Positions 1 to 14,550 of a stretch of DNA of 64,000 nt are shown piece by piece. Source of the DNA: Ophelia neglecta (Eukaryota); NCBI GenBank assembly GCA_965285935.1, contig OZ260665.1:42098001-42162000 (forward strand), written 5' to 3'. The stretch's first letter is position 1. Every line of letters begins with the position of its first letter. The translations under genes were made by a program, and so were the position numbers. A model generated the notes under the pieces. That model saw only the letters and a program-made list of their open reading frames with translations. It had not been told where the DNA came from and searched no databases.

Positions 1-2567
1 TCTTAATCACAACTGCACTGCTCATGCAATGAAGCCTCGTGACAACTGATTCATTATGTCAAGCAGCCTAAAGACTTTTCTTTTAATGCCACATACAACA
101 ACGCGAACACTATCAACTTTAAATCCGATTTTACTCCCTAAAGCCTACAAAGTGACTTGTATCAAGGTATAGAAGTACATTCTTGTAATTAGGATAGGCC
201 TATGACTCAATGATTATGCACTTTTTCCCCTTAGTTTTATTCTAAGTAGGCAACCATAAGATTAATTGTATGGTGGAAAGCTAAAAACAATGAACTACGA
301 TCGCCGTTTTTGACACAGTACGTTCGACAATAGAGTCTTGACAAAAGGTTTGAAAAATGAAATAAAAATTCAGAGAAGGAGCCAAACGCCAATGCCTAGC
401 CAGCTGGGTAGGTCATACTAGGGATTGTTTCGCCATCAATTCCAAGTTTGATATCATTCCTAGTTTATGTAAACCATATGCTTAAGCTGGAAAAGAAACA
501 CCCACGTTCGCTGAACGGCCAGATTCGGCAAAGGGTTTCCGCGCGATAGCACGATGACATCTATATATGAAAAGTATGTCAAACTGATCGCTATTTCAAG
601 TTCTAAGTAATGACGTATAATTCAATCACAAACTATTTGGGTGATGTTCTAAAATGTCGAACAGCTTAATAGTTCAGTCGACTTCCGTGGGCATGACAAG
701 GCGAACGGAAAAGGCTCCGTTCGCATTGTTCCACCTCTGTCACCGTAGGCATGCTAAACTCAAAATAAAAAATTGCTCACTTTGAGCTGATTTCCCCTTG
801 CGGCATCCCAGTGCTCATGAAATCAGCGCCGCACTCATTAAATCTCTGCATGGGGCTTAGCTTAGCAGATCTCTGGATTTGGCTGTGGCAGGTGTACCAG
901 CCTTTCCACAGCGTGCCACAGCACCGAAAACACTGCACCTTTAACAGGTAGCCGGTAGATAGCCTTTTTGGCATAGAGTAATAAAACACATTCTTAATAG
1001 ATCATGGGTGCTGGTGCTTATTTAGATCTCAAGAGCTTGGCCTGGTGGCCATTTTGATATGTTTGACTCATTTTGGCCAATGACTTGGAAAATGTGATGT
1101 CTCCAATGGCAGGGATAATTCTAAGCTACTCCTGTCAAGAATTAATTCCATTGGTTGTGGCCTACCCCATTTTGCTGATGAAACGTTGAAAATTGGACCC
1201 TGTCTATCCCACACGATGTTTCCGGTTGTTGATAAGACCTATCCAATCTGTCAGGGCATAATGTCGACTATCATTTCCTTTTTTACAAAAAGGCCTTGAA
1301 GAAGAGAACCAAGCGGAGGTTCTCCGGTAGTGGTTCATTATTGTACATCCATTTGTTTTATTTGAATCGATTGATTATTGTCCACTCTTGTTTTAGGTGT
1401 AGCTCATATTTGCACTGTATTCTAAATTCATGGGGGAGGTATGCGGGGTTGGGTGGAGGGTAGCAAAAAGTGGGTGGGGTGGGGTTCATATGTGGGTTGA
1501 AATAGATCGCAATTTACTTGTTGCATAACATCAGAGCTATGACCTACGATGAATGCATAATTTAGTGCAAAATTACAGGTAATTCTGGCATTTAATTAGC
1601 GAAATTGTCCCCATTAACCCAAGTTATCGAAAGTGCCATTGTGGATAGTGGTAAATGAATAGGTGAATGTACGGCTAGCTAAATTTGTATTGTATTGTGT
1701 CGTATGCACCCCGAGAAATGATTGACCATTCTGAATTGTTCCAGAACTTAATGATTTCACATTAGCATCCATTTTGAGAGTCGTTTAGGGCCGCCTGTGA
1801 ATGAAATCATCCCTAAATCTGGAAATGACGATTAATCCACGGTTATAGTCAGATTGGGGAAACTTACATGAAATGCCGCCAATGACACCATTATGATCAT
1901 GTCTGACATGATTTACGTACTCGGTTCGCAGTTCTTATCCAATAGAAACGCCCACTGATCAGTGTAAGATGTTTGTTTATGATAAGCAATAGATAATAAT
2001 AAGTGGCCTGCGATATGAGGCGGATGAACAGGGCCGGGTGGGAAGTGCGGGGGAGGGGGACGGCTCGCCGGCCCAGCCTTCTAACCAGGTTTTCCCTTTC
2101 ATGTAATAGTACTATGGTCACATTGCCCTGTGTCACTTATTCTCCCGAGGAATTATTGACATGTATGTTAGACTAACATGTCGCCAAGCCTATTCGTCCA
2201 ATTCAACGATAGACGCCCCATCGTCGCATCTCAATGCCGAACATCGCCTTGTTATAATCTTTTTCCTAACGAAGATTCATTCTGGACTTCACTTCCTCTA
2301 TCATACACTGCTTGACTCCATTCAAGAAACCACTCAATGTGCCTATTATCTTGAGAATGGGAAATATCCATCTCCACCTAACGTACATGCCCTGAATCTG
2401 GTGTACCTTCGACTTAAGCCTACCTTGAGATATTGCAAGCTTAGATCTTCTTGCGACCAAGAGAACTAGACTTTCCATCAAATCATTGATAAAGAGAAAC
2501 GAGATAAATGTATGTTAATAAATCGATACAGACAAACGAGATACATCAATAATTCGAAAAAGTTTAC

Positions 2568-2570
<3 letters not shown>

Positions 2571-2617
<47 letters not shown>
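2571..2617. repeat. (AG)n microsatellite
   Basis: About 23 contiguous AG units, directly visible. Confidence 0.95.
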
Positions 2618-2622
<5 letters not shown>

Positions 2623-2849
2623 CGCTATTCAAGGTTGAGATAAAAAGTTGACTTCCTGGGTGGAAAATAAGAACAGATATTACTTTTGCTGGTTCTGACG
2701 GTCAAAGCGTACAAACAAAATCGGTGCTAGTTATGGGGTTTTTATGCGAGTATGTAGCAAATTGAATCTTGAAAAGAAAAAAATCCTCTTTGTACGTGGT
2801 CCCCTCAGGAGTTTGAAAAGAGGGAAGATAGGCTCACCGGACGGTTCAA

Positions 2850-3182
2850 AATCGGGGGTCAAAAGTCTATGTCTGTCGGAAAAACAGGGGTCAAAAATCT
2901 ATGTTTTTCAAAAAAATATGGGTCAAAATTCTATGGCCCCAGTACACCAGTGCTTGCATACCGCTTGCAGACATGTTGGACACTAACTCTTCTCAGGTAT
3001 ATATCATTAAAAATTAGGGTCTTAATTCTATGTTGAGTGAAAACAGGGGGTCAAAAGTCTATTTTTTATGCAAAAAGTAGGTATCAAAATTCTATGTGAC
3101 CTGAAAAAAAAAGGGGGGGGGGACATCCCAGCGAAGCCTACCTACCTACCTCCAATTAGTGAGTACCGCCCCCCCCCCCGGG
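2850..3182. repeat. Degenerate repeat array (unit GGGTCAAAANTCTATG), probably one end of a non-autonomous DNA element
   Basis: Six imperfect copies start near 2854, 2887, 2920, 3017, 3046 and 3080. The array ends in GAGTACCGC(C)nGGG at ~3162-3182, which resembles a terminal repeat. No partner terminus was found. Confidence 0.5.
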
Positions 3183-3566
3183 AACCTGCCAAAATGCACC
3201 TTTTAAATTTTGAAAAAAACAAAACAAGACTAACAGCTGTGCATTGATGCATGTATTTGGAATGATTGCAACGTATATATATACATGTATACTTAAACTT
3301 TTCACAGGGCACAAAATAGAAGATTAGAACTTACATGTTGATATACTAAAAAAAATACATTTAAAATTAATTCTGGAAACGGCAGATAGCTCGGTCAATG
3401 ATTAAGTTTTGTGCTTCCCGCTGCCCCTTTAAATAGTATCTGAGTATCTGAGTTTAGTGCATAAATGAAACGTTCGATTCGCGGTAATTTGGTTTACATA
3501 GAAGATATATCCAGTAAGTATTATCTTATTCAATTTATTTGCACGCAACAAATTAAGCTTACTCAC

Positions 3567-3807
3567 CTTCGCTATCAATTTTTGCAGGCGTTGGTAGTTG
3601 GCTGTAACAAGAGCAGGTGCTACAATCACAACTGAACAAATCATTTCGGCAGACAAAACATTCACTTCCACAAGTCGGATTTTCCCTAAAACAACAGCAT
3701 TCGTACATAGCCGGTCTGGCGGGCCATCGAGCACTGGACATTACAATAACAGCCAGCAAGGCTGCGCAGAACAAATTATATTTTTGAACGCTGAAGAAAT
3801 CACGCAT
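3567..3807 (-). CDS. Probable first coding exon of an unidentified secreted cysteine-rich protein (remainder likely off-window to the left)
   Basis: The ATG at 3807 has A at -3. MRDFFSVQKYNLFCAALLAVIVMSSA reads as a signal peptide, followed by 10 Cys in YECCCFRENPTCGSECFVCRNDLFSCDCSTCSC. The frame runs into a perfect donor AAG|GTGAGT at 3567/3566 (phase 1). No family recognised. Confidence 0.5.
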
Positions 3808-3886
3808 CTTTGAGCACTGGTTTGGAGTGTGTGTGATTCAAGTTGACTTCGAGATTATTTGTTCCGTTCTATCTGGCCAGCAAGAG

Positions 3887-3964
3887 AGTTTCTGTTTTCA
3901 CTGCGTGGGTTGGCGGCAATTTAACGGGGCTGCCCTCAGTTTGCGCAAGCCGCGAGTGACGTAT
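3887..3964 (-). promoter_or_regulatory. Candidate proximal promoter with a C/EBP palindrome, a CRE-like site and an ISRE-like site
   Basis: TTGCGCAA at 3941-3948, TGACGTAT at 3957-3964 and AGTTTCTGTTTTCA at 3887-3900, all 80-160 bp upstream of the ATG at 3807. Confidence 0.35.
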
Positions 3965-6900
3965 AATTACGCAGTTCCGCGTTTTAGTGCAGGATAAATT
4001 GGCTTTGTTCCTTTGAACATCTAGAGCATTGTGCAGCGGAAGTGGGCGACAAGGGGCGTTGGCGAAATGTAAATGGTCATTTAATTTGGGAGATCACGCC
4101 TGTAAATCACGCCTCCAAATATCTATGTGAAACCAGGCAGCACAGCCTCACCAGAAAAAGCCTATTATATCGTTCTTGAATTTGACAACAAATAAACTAT
4201 CGCCCCTTTAAGCTTTATTGGCTATGGTATTCTCAGCAAACATGTACTATGGGGTGCTCAAATATTGAGGCCCCAGGGAAGAAGGTCGGTGATAGGAGTT
4301 ACTCTCTCCAATTGATGCACTCGTTAATTTATCAATATACGCTATATTCAAACATTGATTCATGGACAATTATATGATATTTCTTTATCTATTTGTGGGT
4401 TCATGCTAACGTTTTCTGGATTAAACATGCCAAATCCGCATGCATTGTTTTCTTGAAGACAGCAGCTTGCAGTCAAAGAGTAGGGGGAACTCTTGAAAAT
4501 CGATAGCTATTCATCCTTAGAAAATTCGATCATTATTAAATCATCACAATCATTCCTGTATACCGTATTTCATCCAAATTAACTTATCTTGTCCCTCGCT
4601 GGCCTGGCCTTATGAACTATCTCCATGATATTAATTGATATTGGCGGATTACTCTCTCAAATTTCCTATTTTTTGTCAAATGAGGTGCCAGAAAATGCTT
4701 TCGGGATTGTTTTACATCATAATTTATCGACGACATTGTCATATTTAAATATTTATTTATAAAAATAATCAAATCTACTGATGCACCAGCAGGGTTTACT
4801 CGGTTTTATAATACACTCCATGACTTTTTTCCCTATTAGAGCCAACGGGAGGTATTTCATAACCAACAGGCGCGTTTCTCATTTTTGAGCCTGATTGCCA
4901 TTAAAACAACAGTGGTCAGCTAGTGTTTAGAAGGACTAATGTCAGTTGTGCATCGGCATTCATCATGGAATTTATTCAACAGACCTTTTCTTTCAGTCCA
5001 TTGTTTCAAGGGACTGAAACAAAAAATCTGGCATTGCAAAATAGAGCTTTCCAAATATGTAATTTTCATTTTGGTATAACGTAGATTACAATGAGCATAC
5101 TAGTTAGCGCGTAAAATCAAAACTTTATCCCCACTATTGCTGTGTACTAGTCATAGAAGTCATGCATTCCTATCCCCTTCTAGAATACAAGCCGAGCTTG
5201 ACTTAGCGCTGACAACTCCAACTGTGAGTCACTAAAACTGAAACTGAAACGCAATCTGCAAAACCGGAAGCACTGGCCTACTCAGGCAGTCAAAGGTTCC
5301 ATTAAAGTAAACAAAAATTCTTATCAAACCAAAAACCACCTAGAACTTGCCATGGTCCCTTTGAACAAAAGTGACAAAAAAGAAGCAAATAGGTCAGACT
5401 TGATTCAATACAAAAATGGCCTAAGTGACACAGAAAGGGCCTAACTAACAAACTGTCATGGTAGATAGGCTATTTACATTTTGACCTATACGTGCGTTCA
5501 CAATATCTATTTCGAATAATGGTAAGATCACAGATAAAGACATAATTAACTGATAATTTCAATATTATTTTTGGTTGGTATCGGGCCTGCACTTGCTACA
5601 TCCATTGCTTTAATTAACAGACAACCATGAAAATATATGAAAGTAAAAATGGCTATGGCATTTTCTTGAAGCCTTTTACTAAGGATCGAGTAACGCATTT
5701 TTATTAAGTTTCTTAAACGGAGTGGCCCTGGCTGGGACTGATTTTCCTATCACCTTGTCAAAGCAACTGCTTAAGTTATCTTAATGATACTAGTCCATCT
5801 TATGATCTTTTGATCAGCGAACCTTTCATAATGAGCTTTTGGTTGCCAGAGTATAACAAGTTTTCAAGTCTGGTGATTGTAGACATTTTATTGATTACTT
5901 GCCAGTTTCAAATTCTTAGCTTCCTATGTTGGTGTAGATCATAGAAAGACTTGCAAATGTACTTATTGCAGTAGTAACAAGAAGTTTGGGATAAGGCAAA
6001 TCCTAAGGACTAATTGGGCTCAGATGATATATTAATTGATATAATAAATAAAATGTATTTTTCAAATTTTAAACTAATTTGTCTAAATCGACTAGCTATA
6101 TATAATCAGGCAATTTTTGTTCAGTTCCTTCGGTGGTCGAAAATTCCCTACATATTACGCTTAGCTGTTATCTCTCCGCATAATAAAACATGATTAAAAC
6201 CCTCACTTTTATAATACAAATTAGTACATCGGTATTATTATTTTATTTAAACAAAACATGGGGACGAAATTCTTTATCACCCAAAAAAATCATAAAAAAC
6301 GAGGTGTTTTAACCAGGGAACTATCCTGTGGGTCCCCTTCTTACATATAAGTTGGGGGCCGCGGTCAACCTGTTAAAGGCACAGTCTAGCGTATACCTTC
6401 ATTTATACAAAAGTTATATACCAACATTCAAAAAAAGATGGGACATTGGCTGCGAGACTGCCGGTAGGGAACCGCCGGAGGGAGGCCGGAATTTAGGCGC
6501 TTTACACTATGTGCTGAATATTGCACATAATGGAAAACCCTATACTATTAAGGAAGGTGTAACGAATTTGCTATACTGTAATCTTCCCGAAAATGAGTTT
6601 TCGTGTCTATATCAGCAGACAATGGTATTGTAGGATTATCTCTCTCATGTTTTGTTGACAGTTCGCGGCCAGCCTTGAGTGGACTACTTGTATTCATAGA
6701 GAACCTATATAACTACCATTTCTTGATATAATCTAGCTGGTTTACTGTCGTGCGGCACGGGGAAACACCGGCTTTATTTCAATGATATCGTAGAACTATC
6801 AGGATCGATACCATTGTCATTTCGCTGTTCATCTGCCTAGCTAGAATATTCGAATAAGCTTTAAGTGGGGTCGGGAGTGGGCAGAGTTTGTTCGGGTGCA

Positions 6901-9900
6901 AATGGGAAGTCACTGTTAGGAGGAAAGGGGCGGGGTATACTCTACTTGGATGTTGTAGGATGAAGGGTTGTAGGATACGGACCACTTATCTCCTCCAACT
7001 ACACCGCTTTCCCCGTCTAAAAACATCACCTCTTTTTATCGCACAATTCACCCTCTAAGTATAAACGCTATAATAGAAGTGATTTAGGGAATAAACCAAT
7101 GAACGATAATTCTCTAAATGATTGAGAGTTAATGACCGTTGTTAGCAGGTCCATGTTCCTACGACGTCATCTTCATCATTAATTTTGTCCGTATTAGCAG
7201 GGGCCTACTTTAATTCGACGAAATTAGACAAGGTATCATTGCCTTCCTGCAATTCTATCCAATTTTCGCAATCATCCATTACACGTTTATTGCACATGTA
7301 GGAATTAGATGCTTGATTATCCATTTCACATAACAGACTGTAGCGATATAGTGTTAACATTGATGGCGCCAGCTTACTTAATATGCCCTGCACACAGAAC
7401 ATACACTAAACAACTTTTATTATATTAAATATATATGTTTTCGAGGAGGTCCAACTGGTATTCACTTTCATAATAAATTTCAAAGCCCCCCCCCCCCCCC
7501 CTCCCCCTCTGCCGTAACGTGATACAGATTACTGAATGAAGACAATGGACGGATTCAACTATGTTCCCTCATCGAATCATCCAGTAAGGACTCAGATCAA
7601 CGTCAATTGGCTTACATAGGCCTACCATAAATATTGACCAGCTTAATAAGTGTCCTCTTATGGATACCGGCGGCCAGGGATATTTGACTTGCGGTAAAGC
7701 CGGGACTTGTAGGCGGAACTGAACCAGAGCCAATACAGACTTCATTTCTCTGTTGCTTCAATAAGATCAATTGCACTAACCATGCCTATTGATTATATTC
7801 ATCTTCCCTATGTAAAAGTTCGGCTTGTTTGGGTTTGGCAGCGGTTTGTTCAGGAAATAATTTCTATTACGTGAAATTATATGGTTATAACTGTGTTAGA
7901 GAGTTACACCACTCCGAATGATATAAATCAATGTTGGATGTCCAAAGCTTGTAATACTGTATACTGAAGCTCCCCCGTGAAATATGGACACGCCAAACAT
8001 GAATTGGGGTATTGGTCATGGCTATCCACGGAAAATCGTAATGCATAATGCCGTACATAGTTTTAATGATATTAATAATATTGCCACTTATAGAGCGCTC
8101 CTTTCCTCGTTAATGAGCTCAAAGAGGAAAAAATAGATAGGCCTTTATTAAGACCTCAATTTACCTTGGAATGGAATGCACATAGGCCCAAAACAGATTT
8201 AAACTAAAACATATGATTGCATACATTTATCTCCACCCAATCCGCTTTAAAAAGAGAGCTCGAAGTCTAGGAGTCTTAAAGCCTTGATATAAAGGCTTCA
8301 ACTGACTCGTTATATCTACTTAAGGCTGCTTGGCAACTGGTTCTAGAGCCTAGGTCTATATATATAAGAGACAACTCTGTCACCAGCAGCTATAGAACCA
8401 GTCTCGAAACTGGAACCTTTAGAAGCTGTTCTGAGTCTAACCTGAAGTAAACATAAACATTAAGGCTTTGTAAATTTCATTGATTATGGGAAAGAAATGC
8501 CTTACTTGGTATGTTTTTGTTTGACTTATATGTAAGTAAAGCAGTAACGTTATTGCAAATCGCATTGACAATTAGCACTCACAACTGGTCCTTTTATGTA
8601 TAGCCCCCATAACTTGTAGCCCAAAAGAATCATTGGAAATGTCCTATGCAACACGGAATTCTCAAGATGATAATTATTTTACATTTGTCTACAGCAATAT
8701 GCATTCAGGAGATGTCGTCTGGTTCGTTCAGTAGGCTGATTTTTTCTGCTCTGGTACCCTGAACTGTAAGATGCCACGGGATTTTATATGCTGTGGACAA
8801 AATGAGAAACATTCAGATTTGGAGCAATTGTTCCAAAAATATCCCTTGCATGGATAATTGTTAACCAATAACATTCATAATTGATAAGTTACAAGTGCCC
8901 AGATAAACCAAAAGGATTCTCGAACTTTTGTCGAAATCTGTGTGTTATGATGAAACTCCCATATATCGGTACTCTGAGAGATACTAGCTATTAGCGTATC
9001 TTGTTTGACCTGAGTTTAAGATTGTAACCCGGCAATTCTATTCCATTCGTTGCAAAATGTACGTGAGATGGGCAGAACGGTTCCCTGACACCAATTCGGC
9101 ACTAAAATGAGAAAAATGCATTTCTCCTTTAAGAACTATTCTTGGTGAACAATTTTGCGTTGTGTGCCAGGTATCGACTCTCTTATTTGAGTTATCCTAT
9201 ATACATATTCTAATGTCTCATCTACTGCGATCAGTTTTCACTGTGAAAATCAATGTGTTAATTTCGTGCATATATTCGTAGTTTCTTCTAAAGAAATTAA
9301 AATTTTCAATTATATATAAGGCTATTGTAAAGTACAGTTTGGTAAAGTCAGTATCAGCTATTTGGTGTGAATTTCAACATTTCCCTTCGCTTTAGATTGC
9401 TTGTCTCCATAGCTGCAGCTTCAGATATACCCTTGACTACCTGAACTCCTGATCTTATACTAGGCATATGGCAAATGTCTTGAAAAAATGGGCCGTTTAA
9501 AATTCGATTTAAGCTTAACTTGAGAATTTCAAGACCCCAGTTCTAAAGACGAATGAAGACTAAGTCTTGACGAACCCAGTATTAGTGATTGGCAGCGTAC
9601 GAGATAAGAAACAACAAAAAAAGTCTGCAGGTTCACCAAGAAACGGCAGTGCATTCGCGTTTAGCAGACATGTTCCGTGAGAAACCTATTGTGCGATTTC
9701 TGGCTTCATCTTTTGCAGTGGGTTATTGGCGGAAGGCTTTCATTTGGCCAGTAATACAAATTGTCTCCGATGTACTTGAATTCGTGATTGCTTCCTAAAC
9801 CACAGGAATGATAGATATATTGCCGACTCTGGATCCTGGATACCGAGACAAATTCTGTGAGGCCCAGAGACAAGCAAATCCGCCTCATTGGCAAAAGTGA

Positions 9901-12900
9901 TGCGAACAGTACAAATGTAATCACGAACAAATCACCCATTAAATGATTTCATAACAACTAGGCCTATAACGGCACACTTTTACAAATGATCAACTATCAG
10001 CCTGAGGAGCTTAAAAGAACCATTGCTGGGGAACATTACTGCAATGTTCAGTCATCATTGCGCTCCTTTTGTACTTTTGTTGAATAAATAAGTACGTTAA
10101 GTTCAGCAGACACAAATAGTCTGGTTTACCCACGGGATTTGATCGCTCGTTGAACTAACGAGGGTAAGGCACTGAACATGTATGGCTGGGTACAAGGTAT
10201 GACGAAGTTGCAGTCATGACGTGAGTTACTTGCAGCAGGGTATCTCGACATGTAAATCAAAAATAATTAACTGACTTCTTTCAGAACCCGATGACTTAGC
10301 AGTGAATTCCCTAACTTCACAGAAGTCATAACTAAGTCCCGTGGACATGTAATTTGTCAAATTACCGGTCGTCGGTGAAAGTTGTAACCTGGGTAATTCA
10401 CAAATCTTTGCAGGCACAATAATATTAAAAGCAAAGAACTAGTACATACAATCGATTTCTTTTTACAATGATGCGTATTATGAACGTATGACTTACGTTT
10501 GATATAACCTAACAGTTTACTAAATGTGTCTTTTTTCTAATCCTGTAAATCGTTCCATCGTATGTAACGTTATCCATTATGAAGAGGGCAACAATCTTAG
10601 TAAAATGACCAGTACCATGAGAAAATATTTTTTGGCCCAAATGCAAAATAGGAATAATCGAGAATGGCGACCGACTTACATTTAACAGTGCAAAAAAACG
10701 TATGCCTTCGACTAGGGCCTCCATGTACGATGGGGCATTACAAATGTACACATACCTTATATTGTACGTTTAATTCGTTTTTATGCCAACAGCGATTGAA
10801 ATGAAGCTTTTTAACTAAACAATTCCTATAAAGGCCGAGCATCGTTTGGCACTAATTATAACTTCCACCAAACAGTTTATGGCTGATTGTTACCGGGAAT
10901 AAAACTACCAAGGAGATATCGAGATCTTGATTACTACACTCTCACTCTAAGCTCTGCTTTAAGACTAAACTGGAATGGTTGCCCTGCAGTTCTCGTCAAT
11001 CCCAGTCGTTTGAGCAGGGCGAAACTATTAACTCGACCCTTATAATTTAGCGACTGTCCACTGCGAATGAGATCATGGCATTTTGTTATCGTTGGTTATC
11101 AAAAGACGAAGATTTATTGTGTCCTTCGAGATTCGGAAGGTTGTTGTTTGGCAATGAATTAACACAAGGATGGGCCCTGTGGTTCGGTGTACGGTCACAG
11201 ACTACGTTCTGCATTAGTTAGTATAAGTATAGCTGGAACAGTCTGCACTCAACAGGCCTCGTTGATATAAGAAAATCCTCATGAGAAAAACTGAGTCGTA
11301 GTAGACAATAAAGGGATTCATTTTTATCTGAGGGTTCAGTCATTGAAGGTTTAGTTAGTATGTAATTGATATTGATGAAACAGTGCGTGTTTAACGTAAC
11401 GTTTTCCTGCGTTGACCACTGACACGTTTTTGGTTGCTGATATCGTAGAAAATTCAACAGACATACGTTAATTCTCATTGCTACTATTATCAGATATGTT
11501 GGTTATATTAGTTATGGTAGAAAGTTATTTACAGTTATGATTCCGGCCCGGATATCTCAGTATGATTTTGCAAGTTTTGCTGAGAGTTTCCAACTATTTT
11601 GACCGATTTGATGGACTATTTTCGGGACTATTTTCATTAACGATTTTGATTTGTCTGCCAGGTAGCTAAATGTTTGAAAAATATAAAATTACAGCAAAAA
11701 TAACCACGGAAGTTATATCAGCCAGATTTTTTTCAGTCTTTAACATTCATAATCCATCAGTGATCACCGCCATGTTGTACCAGATGTTAATGTGGACAAA
11801 ATATTGCTCATAAGTGTTATATTTGTTCAATTCTAAACATGCTTATAGCTATAGAGTTAGTTTTTTATAAATGTTAGCAACCTTTTGAATTGATTACCAA
11901 GTGGACTTGCTTATGTATTAACTGAATGTAGGCCTATCAACACTTTTATCGATCACAAGAAAGAATTGTACATGAACCTGCTATTGAAAATCACACCCAT
12001 ATACTTAAGATATAGAAAAGATAGGAACAAATGCCTTGTTAATGAAAATTACATGTTTATGCGTACTTAATGAGTGAACCCCTCTAGTGAGGAACTAATT
12101 ATGGTCTGAAAACACTTCTTCTTTCCACCAGATACAATTAGATAAAGTTAATATATTTAACATTATCGTATCGTTCAAGAACAGCAATTTGACAGAAAAG
12201 GGACAAATTTTCATAGTGACCAGCGCACGGCAACACATGTATGGAAATTATACCGACACATCATTTTGTGGTGAAAGGCGATTTACAGAATGCTTATAGG
12301 CATTTGGCTTTATTTTCACATCTAACCAACAAGTGACGTAAAACCAATTCAACTAAGTGTCTAGTAATCCTCTCATGTGTTAGGAAATAATTCACCTCCA
12401 TTTCTTTAGTGCATTTTTATTGCATTAGGGCCATAGTTTTCCTATTACCCGTTGATTTTAACTACCTTAAATTGCTTACCAGAAATCAGGTACTGCCTAT
12501 AGAGCTTGAAATGCAAAACGAATAATATTTAGGAAAGTCAAAAGGGTGTGCAGCTTTTATAATTCTAATCTGATGGGAGATGAATATAATAATGCTTTAT
12601 TTATATGTAATGTATGCCGTGTAAGGCATTTAAGAAACAGATACATCACAAAATTTTGTTCTTTAAAACCTAGCATGTTCAACTAAGCTGGAAGCTGCAA
12701 GAAAATGGATGTTTTTAAAAACAATATAGCTCTGTCCAAAATGCTAAAATTGTCAAGTTACTTTAGTTTAAGATCTCTCAAAGGTAGCATAATTATCACA
12801 AATTTGCATGTAACATTACATGTACTCCGCGCTTCAACTAGCCGAGCCGAGATGAATAAACTTCAACAGAGCCTCACTATTTTACTCGGATGTCTGTAAG

Positions 12901-13656
12901 AAACAGTACACAAAGTTATTTCCATTAGTGCAATATAATTCTTAATTAACAATTAATTCAAAATGCGCATTCCAGAGTTGCTGCGATTGTCCATTAAGTC
13001 TGAGTAATGAGAATCTCGTCTATATGAGATATTTGCTTATAGAACTTCCTTTGAATTCGAAAGACTTCCGCACCCATGTCATATCTCCGACGGGCCACCT
13101 GTATTTGGCAGGGCATTCCAATTGCCACGAACAGAAAGCAATTGTTCCCATTCTGTTATAGCGAAGCCATTTAGTTATGATGAACACGCTATAATGTGGG
13201 CATTGGTTTTCTGGCTTTGGGGGTTATTTTATCGCTTAACGGCCCTTCTCGTACAGTTTCGTGGGTAGAAGTGTCTCCAAAACGGTTCGTCTCCATCGAG
13301 AAAATTTAATCCAAAATTTGGATGGCGTTAATTAATGCAACTCTTGAAAGCGGCAATAATGCTCAGGAGATTTGCCTACTGATGTCACTATTCAGCCTGC
13401 AGTGGACTGGCTGGGGCTTCGACTCAACTTTTCCTTCATTCATTTAGTAGATCCCGGGTGCATTGTAAGGCGTTGGAGCTCCGCTCCTTTGTTGTGACAC
13501 TCAATGACGAATTCCCTGTTCACTAATGCGTCTTCTTCTAGCACAGTGACAGCCCTCACTGCCGCCCCACCCACTACCTGCCCTATGCCTTATCCCTCTT
13601 GTTCTTTTCATAATACTCCTTTTTCCTCAGTGGCAATTGTGTGGGAATATCATTGT

Positions 13657-14420
13657 ATTATGTCCCCTGTGGATTGGGGAACTTAAAATTTTACACATCG
13701 TCCGGCGTCCGTTTCTTTGTCGAATGATAAAAGGAAAACGTAGTTTTTTTACGAACAGTGAGAATATAACCCAAAATCGTGTATGGATTGTTTATGGGTA
13801 ATGTTAAAAAGCAGTTTTTATCATTCTGACTTTTGGGCTAGAATATACCATAATCTCGTCTGGGATTGTTTTTGAGCTACCTCCAAACATATTTAGTTGC
13901 CGTGGCAAAGGGATATAAAAGGTTGATACTTTGATCCGAAATTTTAAAGCCTCTGTATGGCTTGATGGTGCAAGATATGCATGAGGATAGTATTAAACAC
14001 TAATAGGAAATCATACACAGGAAATTGTTTGGTGATGACAAACCTGACCTTGACATTTGCTTAAAGGTAAAATCATGTGAATCTTAATTTTCAAAGCATC
14101 TCTATGGATTTATGATGCAAGAAATGTATAATAGATGTATTAACTAATAGAAAGTCATATACAGGGACTCTTTTCATGTCTATAAACTTTACCTTGACCT
14201 CTGCTTGAAGATCAAATAATGTGATCCGTATTTTCAAAACCTCTTTATGGCTTAATGGTGTAAGTTAGGCAGGATAAAAAGGAAGTCATAAACAGGGAAT
14301 AATTTGATGGCTACAAACATGACATTGACCTCTTCATGAAACTCAGATCATATAGTCAGAATGTTCAAATACGTTACGCATTACTAGGAAGTCATATTCG
14401 TGGAAAGAGGAGCCCCCAAG
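13657..14420. mobile_element. Old non-autonomous element with ~3.5 internal degenerate ~145-bp tandem units
   Basis: Units start near 13950, 14098 and 14240 and share CTCTNTATGGNTTNATGNTG, TAGGAAGTCATA and TGACNTTGAC. Boundaries are approximate. Confidence 0.5.
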
Positions 14421-14550
14421 AAGTATATATGTATCAAGTAGTATAGGTAGCAAGTAGTATATAAAGTAACATATGAAGTAGTACACTTAAGTAATATGTG
14501 TAAGTAGTACATGGATGTAGCATTAGTAAATATTATCACAAAGTAGTATT
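14420..14550. repeat. Degenerate short tandem repeat (AAGTAGTA core)
   Basis: AAGTAGTAT/AAGTAGTAC/AAGTAATAT recur roughly every 12-15 bp. Confidence 0.6.

Noticed and set aside
777-989. 70-aa minus-strand ORF as a possible second exon of the Cys-rich gene
   Set aside because: A phase-1 join at the apparent acceptor hits a stop after about 25 codons, and there is no recognisable homology.
13950-14400. Tandem ~145-bp units considered as a CRISPR-like or RNA-gene array
   Set aside because: Degenerate whole-unit repeats with no repeat-spacer structure, in a eukaryotic context; explained as internal repeats of an old element.
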